From: a virus
Virus record (IMG/VR): IMGVR_UViG_3300025015_000001
Direction: 5' to 3' (one strand)
DNA length: 64,000 nucleotides
The notes under the pieces are model-generated. The model saw only the letters and a program-made list of their open reading frames with translations. It had not been told where the DNA came from and made no database searches. Below, in pieces: positions 56,390 through 64,000 of this stretch (within the stretch, counting starts at the first letter, position 1; every line of letters begins with the position of its first letter). A program made the translations under genes and the position numbers.

Positions 56390-58701
56390 TTAATCTCCTT
56401 TAACTTACTCTCAATTTCTTTTTTAATATTATCGTTAGCTTCTAAATACTCTATAGTCTTATCTCTGCCATGTCCAATGTTTTCTCCGTTATATTTATAC
56501 CAGGCTCCTGACTTTTCTATTATACCATAATTTTCAGATAAGTCAACAATTTCTCCTATACGATCAATACCTTTTCCATAAATTAAATCAAAATCACACT
56601 CACTGAACGGTGGTGCTACCTTATTTTTAACAACCTTTACATGAACCTTTTGCCCAAGTATCTTATCGCCCTCTTTTATAGTTTCCCTTTTCTTTGTCTC
56701 CAACCTAACAGAAGAATAAAATTTGAGAGCATTTCCTGATGTAGTAACATTCGGGTCACCATACGAAATAAGTTTTTGCCTTATTTGATTGATGAATATT
56801 GCTATTGTATTTGTTTTTGATATAGTAGCTGTGAGCTTTCTACAGTTGTGTACAACCATATTATCTATAATGAAATTAGGAGAATCGTTTACAGATATAT
56901 CATATACTTTAGACATGCCACATTCTGTTACTGATTCCACCTTTGACCAACATAATTCTCCGTTAGATAAATCAAATAGTTCCTCATTTTTTATAAATTT
57001 AGATATTTTAAATAAAATATCACGTGAAATTTTTAATCTATTTGGCCTAAATTCTGGGAAGGAGGTTCTGTTTGTATAACCAATCAAATGTGATATGTCT
57101 TTCCCAGTAAAACCAGCAGCATATGTATATTTTTTTATCTTTTCAAAAACTGAGTAAGGCAACATCTCTTCTCTAGAAATTTGATCTGATTTATACTCCT
57201 TATTTTTAAATAAGGCTCTAAGTTTAGCGTCCTTACAACCAACCAAACCTATGCTATCCAAAAATATTTTAGTATTTTTTCGTCCTAAAATATTTAATTT
57301 ATACAAATTATGGTAAGGTTCTCTAGTTGACATTATTATTTTACTATGAATCCCAAAGCGTAGTAATAAATGTTTTAGTTGCTTAATCATTTTCTGTGAC
57401 GTTGAGCTGTACACAATGTTACCATTAACAACATGCCCGTCTGTAGACCATAATCTAGAGATAAATAAAGCCAGCTCAGTATTATTTAGCGTAAAGATTT
57501 CGCTTGGTATGTATTTTTGTGGAGATTTTTTGCCATGCATCCCTAATTTCTTTAATAGTTCTTTTACTGGTGACTTAAAAGACCCTAAAGGTAGACTCTC
57601 GTCTTTTATTATACGGTAACTTTTATGGTCTATTGCTTTTAACTTACAATTAAAACTTTTTAGTGCATCAGCTAAGTCACTAATTACTACTGGGTCCATC
57701 TTAGTAAAGCTAAGGCCATAGTTAGGTGTTGTAAAATTACCATCTCCTAAAATATAAGCTATTATTTTTATGGCGTCCGAACTCAGCGTTGTCTTGTAAT
57801 TTTTTATTTCTGGTATTCTGTATGGGGTTGCTATATAGTCCGTTGGTGTTAAATCCTTAACATCTTTCCAGCCGATAAATGTTAATACTTTATGATCCCC
57901 GGTTAATTTCAGTACACTACTATTATCTAATTTTACTTTATATACTGTCCTACTTCCTTGGTCAAACCAATCGCCTATACTAGAGATAATAAATTTCTTA
58001 GTGCCTTCATTGTATGTTGTGGTATTCCAATCTAATTTGTTATTAACAATATTTTTGATAGTCTCAATATTTCCGGTCAAAGGGTCAAATAATTCTGTAT
58101 CTTCCGCCAAGCATGCTTGACTGAGCAAGCGGGCTTGGAGCCCCATATGACTCTGCCCCATCTCCCCCTCTAACTCAGCTTTTGGTACTAAGGCTGCAAC
58201 AGAATCGATCACCACCACCCCTATTGAACCGCTGCTTATCAATGTATCCGCTATCTCAAGTGCTTCTTCTCCCGTTGTCGTCTGGCTTATAAGTAATTCA
58301 TTTACATTAACTCCATATGTTTTAGCTAAATTAATATCCAAAGCATGCTCAGCATCTATGAAAGCACACGTCTCACCCAACTTCTGGGCTTCCCTTATTA
58401 CGTGCAACGCTAACGTCGTCTTGGAAGACCCCTCGAATCCATATATTTCAACTATCCTCCCGCGCGGAAGCCCTCCTACTCCTAAAGCATTATCAAGCCC
58501 CATGGACCCTGTGGATATGGTTTCTGTCTTTTCTATATTAGCACTATTAAATTTCATAATAGCACCATTACCAAACTGTTTCTTTATATCAGCAAGCGCT
58601 TTATCTAGGCTTTCTACTTTACCTTTTTTTTCTATTTCTTGATAAGATGTTTCTTCTTTTACTTTCTTTTCTCTTGCCATGTAATTGCTCCTACTTTGCA
58701 T
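56386..58701 (-). CDS. recA: RecA recombinase containing an intein
   Basis: [51 protein letters not shown] | [33 protein letters not shown]. Confidence 0.97.
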   Translation of the reverse strand: MQSRSNYMAREKKVKEETSYQEIEKKGKVESLDKALADIKKQFGNGAIMKFNSANIEKTETISTGSMGLDNALGVGGLPRGRIVEIYGFEGSSKTTLALHVIREAQKLGETCAFIDAEHALDINLAKTYGVNVNELLISQTTTGEEALEIADTLISSGSIGVVVIDSVAALVPKAELEGEMGQSHMGLQARLLSQACLAEDTELFDPLTGNIETIKNIVNNKLDWNTTTYNEGTKKFIISSIGDWFDQGSRTVYKVKLDNSSVLKLTGDHKVLTFIGWKDVKDLTPTDYIATPYRIPEIKNYKTTLSSDAIKIIAYILGDGNFTTPNYGLSFTKMDPVVISDLADALKSFNCKLKAIDHKSYRIIKDESLPLGSFKSPVKELLKKLGMHGKKSPQKYIPSEIFTLNNTELALFISRLWSTDGHVVNGNIVYSSTSQKMIKQLKHLLLRFGIHSKIIMSTREPYHNLYKLNILGRKNTKIFLDSIGLVGCKDAKLRALFKNKEYKSDQISREEMLPYSVFEKIKKYTYAAGFTGKDISHLIGYTNRTSFPEFRPNRLKISRDILFKISKFIKNEELFDLSNGELCWSKVESVTECGMSKVYDISVNDSPNFIIDNMVVHNCRKLTATISKTNTIAIFINQIRQKLISYGDPNVTTSGNALKFYSSVRLETKKRETIKEGDKILGQKVHVKVVKNKVAPPFSECDFDLIYGKGIDRIGEIVDLSENYGIIEKSGAWYKYNGENIGHGRDKTIEYLEANDNIKKEIESKLKEIK
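56845..58113 (-). mobile_element. intein with LAGLIDADG homing endonuclease (423 aa)
   Basis: starts CLAEDT, ends VVHN followed by Cys; internal IAYILGDG and LWSTDG motifs; removal leaves 348-aa RecA. Confidence 0.93.
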
Positions 58702-58712
58702 TTAATATGTTT

Positions 58713-58912
58713 GGGGCGGAGGTATCGGTCAGGAGATTTCACGTCGTTCCATTTCAAATAGGTTGATAGCTTGCAGATTCCGCCTCTGCCGGGGTACGCC
58801 CCTGAACTGTCAGCATCCTATTCTAGTCTGTCTATCCCTTATCACTTCCTCGACCCTCTGCATCGCTGCAGCCGCTCTTTGTGCGTCCACACCTAAATCT
58901 GAGCTACGCCCC
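58713..58912 (-). ncRNA. candidate structured ncRNA (200 nt)
   Basis: GC-rich intergenic block; ends GGGGCG/CGCCCC pair; several internal hairpins; family unknown. Confidence 0.45.
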
Positions 58913-58916
58913 AATT

Positions 58917-59447
58917 TTATATATAACTCATCCCATAATATGCTATTAGCAAAGCTTCTGCACAGTTATGCTGATATTTATATTTAAATTTCACATCAAA
59001 TAATTCCTCTGCTAATTTTACTGAGTCTTCCTTTTCTTTTTTAAGAAGCCCCAATGATTTCTTCCACGCTTGCGGTGAAATTAGTTCAACTTTTATCCCC
59101 ATCCCTATTAATAACCCTTCTATCAGCCCGCATGCTTTCATAAATCTACCAGAACTGCTTATACCCTGCTTCTCCCCAGCCGTGTTCATGGCATGCACTT
59201 TTTCGATAATCACTGTTATGGTAGTTATATCATAAGATGCTATTGTGTCTTTTAGTGCATATATATCTAACTCTGCCATTTTTCTATTAACAGACTTCCC
59301 TGTTTTCTTACTAACACGTTTTACTTGTTTATCTGTTGTTGGCAAATTAGCATTGTATAAGATATTTTTATCACTATCTATTATTGCAATTGCACCATTA
59401 GCAATTCCAGGATCTATACCTACATATAAATGCTTGATTTTATTCAA
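58917..59447 (-). CDS. RuvC-like Holliday junction resolvase
   Basis: YVGIDPG...GAIA, IIEKV, PQAWKK, EALLIA. Confidence 0.85.
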   Translation of the reverse strand: MNKIKHLYVGIDPGIANGAIAIIDSDKNILYNANLPTTDKQVKRVSKKTGKSVNRKMAELDIYALKDTIASYDITTITVIIEKVHAMNTAGEKQGISSSGRFMKACGLIEGLLIGMGIKVELISPQAWKKSLGLLKKEKEDSVKLAEELFDVKFKYKYQHNCAEALLIAYYGMSYI

Positions 59448-61362
59448 TTATACTTACTCCATTATTTTTCTTAACTGTAATAATATTATTGAATTTTTCT
59501 TTTAAATTATCATTATGGCTTATTACAAATATACTGTCTTTATGCTTTATTTCTTCTTGTAACAATTTCATGATACAATCAATACCTACATCATCTAAAC
59601 TATCAAATATCTCATCGAATATACCCACATTAACACAATTTGATTTGGAAGTCAATAGAGATTGTAGTGCTAGCGAAATACATATATCAATTCTTTTCTT
59701 TTCCCCGCCAGATGTCTTCTCAAATCCATACTCTTTACCGTTCTTATATAGTTTTATACTAAGTTTATCTACTTCTTTATCATTAGACTTATTCACAGTA
59801 GTTGTATCAAATAATATTTTTATTTCGCTATTCGTTAAAAAATCTAAATAATAATTAGCTTTCTCAGTTAAAAATGGGACTATACTATCTAATAAGAATG
59901 ATTTAATTCCTGTATTAGAAAATCCTGTTTCCCAAAATTTATAATATTCTATTTCTTTTAATAAACCATCTTTAGCTACCTCGCAATTAGCAATAGTGAG
60001 CTTAATAATGGATAGCTCCTCAGCATATTCCTTTTTCATTTTTAAATAAGGAGCTTCTTCATCTTGAATTTTATTTATACTCTCAAGCTTTTGTTCTATT
60101 GTTGCTCTAATATGATCTTGAGCATTCTTATTAGCTTCGTGCAAAGCTATATTCTTTTCTATAGAATTTTTATACTCCTCATATTCTTTCCTACTACTAA
60201 GAGTTTCTTGTATTTTAGTTTTTTCTTTTTCCGCCGTCTGCTTTTCAAATATAAAAGCTTCCTTAGCATGAACATGTTGTACCAGCAGCATATTTTCAGT
60301 AGATAATTGTGTAATATATGTTTCTTTAAAATGTTCAGTACTTTCTTTTGTTATAGTTTGGCCACAGCTATCACAGTTGTCTCTACCATCGTTTTCTATA
60401 TTATCTATCTTATTTTTTATTATTTTTATATCCCTATTTAAGGCAGCTATACTATACTCTTCCTTTTTAATTTCTATATCAATTTTATGTATCTTATCAA
60501 GTACGTTTATATAGGCATCTCCGCTCCCCAGTGTCTTATTTAATCTTACTTTTATCTTTTCTAATAGAAGAGCTTGCTTTTCTATTTCAGAATTGTTTTG
60601 AGCATTTAATTTAGCTTGTAATTCTGTTATTTCATTCTGTATATTTTTTATCTTTTCTTTTTTAGTTTTATCATAATTTTCTGTAGAATTATCTATATTC
60701 GCTAATTTATTTGTAATATTTTTATAAGATAATTCATTATCGTTTAGTACACGGTTTATATTAGACATTTGTGTATTAAAATTCTTAATTGTTTCTTTAG
60801 TTTTAGCTTGCCACTGTTGTAAGACATCTAATGACAGTATTTTATCAAGTAATTCTTTACGCTCCTTATCAGTAAGCTCAGAGAATCTTTTAATATTACC
60901 TTGACCGAATACAATTGTGTTAGTAAATATATTCCAATCAAGATCAAATAATCTATTTATCTCAGCTTGGGTTTCTGCCATTGATGATTTCGTTAAGTAA
61001 GTAGAATGTTCTGGGTAGTCTTCGTACATAGCTAACTGCAAATTGTTTTTAGCTAAGTCATGTTTACGATTACGTTGTATAAAATATTTTGTATCCTTAT
61101 TTTCTATTACTAGTGTTACAGAACACTTTTTATTTTCTACATCATTTATTACATCATCGGCTTTTAATCCATTTAGTGTCTCTCCGAATAAGCACCATAA
61201 TGGGGCATGCACAAATGCGGTAGTTTTACCTGCAGTATTTGACGTGGCAAATCCACTATCTGTAATTTCGCCCTGAACTAAGCATAGACCTTGTGAAGTA
61301 AAGTCTATATCTAAGTCTTTATATTGCATAAAATTAGTGGCTTGTAGTCTAAGTAATTTCAT
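59440..61362 (-). CDS. sbcC: SbcC/Rad50 (gp46-like) ATPase
   Basis: SNTAGKTT, FGQG, CDSC zinc hook, TSGGEKKRID signature, IFDEIFDSLD, ISH. Confidence 0.92.
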   Translation of the reverse strand: MKLLRLQATNFMQYKDLDIDFTSQGLCLVQGEITDSGFATSNTAGKTTAFVHAPLWCLFGETLNGLKADDVINDVENKKCSVTLVIENKDTKYFIQRNRKHDLAKNNLQLAMYEDYPEHSTYLTKSSMAETQAEINRLFDLDWNIFTNTIVFGQGNIKRFSELTDKERKELLDKILSLDVLQQWQAKTKETIKNFNTQMSNINRVLNDNELSYKNITNKLANIDNSTENYDKTKKEKIKNIQNEITELQAKLNAQNNSEIEKQALLLEKIKVRLNKTLGSGDAYINVLDKIHKIDIEIKKEEYSIAALNRDIKIIKNKIDNIENDGRDNCDSCGQTITKESTEHFKETYITQLSTENMLLVQHVHAKEAFIFEKQTAEKEKTKIQETLSSRKEYEEYKNSIEKNIALHEANKNAQDHIRATIEQKLESINKIQDEEAPYLKMKKEYAEELSIIKLTIANCEVAKDGLLKEIEYYKFWETGFSNTGIKSFLLDSIVPFLTEKANYYLDFLTNSEIKILFDTTTVNKSNDKEVDKLSIKLYKNGKEYGFEKTSGGEKKRIDICISLALQSLLTSKSNCVNVGIFDEIFDSLDDVGIDCIMKLLQEEIKHKDSIFVISHNDNLKEKFNNIITVKKNNGVSIIE

Positions 61363-61643
61363 TAGGCGGGCTTCTCATTATAAGAAGAGCATTCTTCTTG
61401 CTCACGAGGATCATATTCCTCCCAATCGTTATATAGTTTGTCTATATCAGGAATTCTACTATCTAAAGAAACAGGATGATCCTTCCAGTATACCTTGGGG
61501 ACAATAGTACCGATTCTATTTTTATTTAATGCAGGAAAAGCACTTTTGGCTAGGTCTTCTTCTGTGTATATTTTCGTTGGATCACCTTTTCTAAATATAG
61601 CAGATCTTACGTGACATGTTTCCTTAGCTTCCTGGTATGTCAT
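61362..61643 (-). CDS. hypothetical protein
   Basis: 93 aa; WEEYDPRE. Confidence 0.6.
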   Translation of the reverse strand: MTYQEAKETCHVRSAIFRKGDPTKIYTEEDLAKSAFPALNKNRIGTIVPKVYWKDHPVSLDSRIPDIDKLYNDWEEYDPREQEECSSYNEKPA

Positions 61644-62055
61644 TCATTGCCTCCCAAAATCTTTCGGGTAAATAAACATTTTCTAAGTCTATTGCATCCT
61701 TAAAAAGGGGAGCTATATCTTGCGGTGCATACCCACAAAGCCCACAACCTACTTCCGTAACAAGAAAAATTAAATCTCTACGTTCTTTAGCAACATTTAT
61801 GAATGTATCTACATGCTGTCCTATAGCTGCTACAGATAATGGTGTATATGGGCGTAATTTTTCTATTGTAGGCAATGCGTATGTGCTGCCGCATAAACCT
61901 TCTCCTACTCCTATTTCCGCGCCCCATTGTAATGCAGTTTTGGCAGCCCCTCGTCCATGGATTCCTTGTAAATTTGCACCAAAAATAAACACTTCATTAT
62001 TTTTTAAACTCATAATATTTTCTGGGGTGACTCTCATACCCAAAACTTCCACCAT
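61624..62055 (-). CDS. A1S_2505-like phage protein
   Basis: EVFIFGANLQGIHGRGAA, GEGLCGSTYALPT, FLVTEVGCGLCGY. Confidence 0.75.
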   Translation of the reverse strand: MVEVLGMRVTPENIMSLKNNEVFIFGANLQGIHGRGAAKTALQWGAEIGVGEGLCGSTYALPTIEKLRPYTPLSVAAIGQHVDTFINVAKERRDLIFLVTEVGCGLCGYAPQDIAPLFKDAIDLENVYLPERFWEAMNDIPGS

Positions 62056-62252
62056 TTACGCTTATAGTAAGAACAGCCATTAGTATCTTTTTTATTAGGA
62101 TAATCATCCGAATATATGGTTAAATTAATGCACTTTTTATAGTCTCCATATATGTAGTCTGTTACAACTTCTCCTGTTGGAGCTGCACAATAATCCGCCG
62201 TATATTGGTGGCGGCTAAAATATACACAATCTATACAATACACTTTACTCAT
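62034..62252 (-). CDS. small Cys-containing protein
   Basis: YCIDC...KKWWKFW-type end. Confidence 0.55.
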   Translation of the reverse strand: MSKVYCIDCVYFSRHQYTADYCAAPTGEVVTDYIYGDYKKCINLTIYSDDYPNKKDTNGCSYYKRKWWKFWV

Positions 62253-63289
62253 TTCATTATCCCCATTCCTTTACTAAGCAATACTTTTTTATCTAATTCT
62301 GTTTTACTATTTTTTACGTATGTTTTTAATATCTTATCCCATGACATATCTAAATCAATATTAGTGCGTTTCTTATTTTCATTCTGCAATTTATAATTTA
62401 TTACACAAAATTTAAACTGCTCTTTTATATTTTTTATATCGCTTTCTTTTAGTGCCTTATTAAAATTTATCTTGTAGTAATTATAGCAATCTCCGCTGTA
62501 TTTGTCAACATCATTTTCATCTATTTCCCTAAATTCAGGATATTTTGTTTTTATAAAATCAATTTTTTTAGTTTCGATATCTAATACTAAAAAGCCTTTA
62601 TCCTGCCACTTATCCCCCCAATCCTGGTGTAATAGTGATCCTATATTAAATACATTGTGATGAAATTGTTGATATTTATGTATATGCCCATTAAATACAA
62701 AATCAAAATTATCTGATAATGTTTTGCTATCTAAACCCTCCTCGAATATATATCCTGCTGGGGTCTGCGAGCCTACTATATCGTTATGGGATAATAATAT
62801 ATTTAAATAGTATCTATCTTTAACTTTTTCTAAAATCCCGTCAACTAGTTCAGTATGCTCTAATGATAGTATTTGTATATAATCATTATTTAAAGAGTCA
62901 CTTATATTTTTAGATAGGGTACACCATTTATGCGTATCTAACAATTCTATATTTTCCATACTCTCTAATATTTTTAAAGAATTATACGCAGTATTTTTGG
63001 TATATGAATCGTGATTACCTGGTAGTATTATTAACCTATCTATTTCATTAGATAATTCTATAATCTTTTTTAGCGTAAGATTATGTGTAAGTGTATCTAC
63101 TGCAGGCCGTGTATGAAATAAATCGCCAGCAAAACACACATACTTAATATTATTTTCTATAGCATATATTTTAATTTGGTCGATAATATCAAGGCAGTAT
63201 TGTAGTCTTGAATTTATACCATTATTATTAATATATGCAAATTCAGAAAATTGGTGTGCGTGTAGGTCGGAAAAGAATAATATTTTCAT
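62249..63289 (-). CDS. sbcD: SbcD/Mre11 (gp47-like) nuclease
   Basis: FSDLH, AGDLFH, PGNHD, SH, GHIH, NIGS..QDWGD. Confidence 0.92.
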   Translation of the reverse strand: MKILFFSDLHAHQFSEFAYINNNGINSRLQYCLDIIDQIKIYAIENNIKYVCFAGDLFHTRPAVDTLTHNLTLKKIIELSNEIDRLIILPGNHDSYTKNTAYNSLKILESMENIELLDTHKWCTLSKNISDSLNNDYIQILSLEHTELVDGILEKVKDRYYLNILLSHNDIVGSQTPAGYIFEEGLDSKTLSDNFDFVFNGHIHKYQQFHHNVFNIGSLLHQDWGDKWQDKGFLVLDIETKKIDFIKTKYPEFREIDENDVDKYSGDCYNYYKINFNKALKESDIKNIKEQFKFCVINYKLQNENKKRTNIDLDMSWDKILKTYVKNSKTELDKKVLLSKGMGIMK

Positions 63290-63569
63290 TTTGATTGGTA
63301 GTGCTTTCTCATGAACAGCATAAAGTCTTCTCCATCCTTTTTAACATTACACACGTAGTCTGCTGAATCGATTGCGCTAATAAGTTGCATAGTTACCTCC
63401 TTAAAAAAATTTGGCATAGAAAGAATATTAAAATAGAAAATATAACAAGCCGTATGGCATATTTACAATTATACAATAATTTTGGGGCAAAGCAGCTCAA
63501 CAACAACGAAAAGTCTGCAACAACCCTAACCAAGTACTATGATATCCATCTAATATTCCTTATCGGCTA

Positions 63570-63640
63570 TAGCTCCCAGTAGGATTCAAACCTACGTCTT
63601 CTCTACTACAAGTAGAGGCTTTGATTAAGCTACAGAAGCC
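63570..63640 (-). tRNA. degenerate tRNA-Thr (UGU)
   Basis: anticodon stem CTCTA/TAGAG with TGT; T arm GTAGG-TTTGAAT-CCTAC (TTT instead of TTC); short D arm; no CCA. Confidence 0.6.
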
Positions 63641-64000
63641 ATTAACCTATCTATGCCAAAACTTAGGTTTAGCACATAACCAGTCATTATTTATTTTCTA
63701 ATGGTGGCCACAAAAAAGAGACTAACAGATCTGGTTTTTCAATGATGTCACATGCTTGACTGCACTTATTACAAATATGATACAAAGTTACAATCCCACT
63801 AATACGAAATGTTGCCTGACAGCAACTAGATACTTTCATAGTACAAATCCCTTGTTATTTATTTCCATAAACCCCCACTGTCTAACGTTATTTCAATGCC
63901 TCAAATACATCATCTGTACTTACAATAATATTTAAATTTGTTACAGCATTAGACTGCTTTATAGCAGACTCAAGTGTAAACAATATCTGATTAAGGGCTA

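Noticed and set aside
58713-58912. tmRNA, RNase P RNA or SRP RNA
   Set aside because: Lacks the T-loop/CCA end, the GAGGAAAGTCC P4 motif and the SRP helix-8 motif; kept only as an unassigned ncRNA candidate.
189-63582. Most plus-strand ORFs overlapping minus-strand genes (e.g. 189-533, 5572-6069, 36074-36511, 51085-51612, 52041-52517)
   Set aside because: Antisense shadows of better-supported genes, with no RBS or family motifs. In the GC-rich arrays, plus-strand ORFs cross attC sites, unlike real cassette genes.
1-64000. Integron integrase or other tyrosine recombinase gene
   Set aside because: No ORF with the R-H-x-x-R-H/W-Y catalytic pattern was recognised in this window; it may lie outside.
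1-64000. Stop-codon reassignment (alternative genetic code)
   Set aside because: Recognisable genes are full length under the standard code and end at TAA, TAG and TGA.

Overview
This is a 64-kb segment of a large, AT-rich (roughly 30% GC by eye) tailed-phage genome, with most genes on the minus strand. The backbone encodes nucleotide metabolism (dimeric dUTPase, MazG-like, ThyA, dNMP kinase), recombination (RecA with a LAGLIDADG intein, RuvC-like resolvase, SbcC/SbcD), a sigma70 factor and a lytic transglycosylase. It also carries a MoxR/vWA pair, tRNA-repair enzymes (Thg1, CCA-adding enzyme, RlaP-like nucleotidyltransferase split by a homing endonuclease, Rnl1 ligase), two tRNA genes, a TnpB element and a retron-type reverse transcriptase with a candidate msr-msd. 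The most striking feature is three GC-rich islands (about 10.9-12.6, 23.3-25.3 and 49.6-53.9 kb) built as arrays of one-gene units separated by about 21 integron attC-like sites. In these sites R''/L''/L'/R' boxes and the extra L'' base are visible. All attC sites have the same polarity, every ORF lies antisense to the canonical cassette orientation, and no integrase is present in the window. The backbone also has about 27 copies of a 17-bp palindrome at gene junctions, other repeat families, and a peptide motif shared by about 10 small proteins. Several frameshifts at homopolymers look like assembly errors. No database searches were possible, so all family calls come from motif recognition and all novelty statements are unverified.
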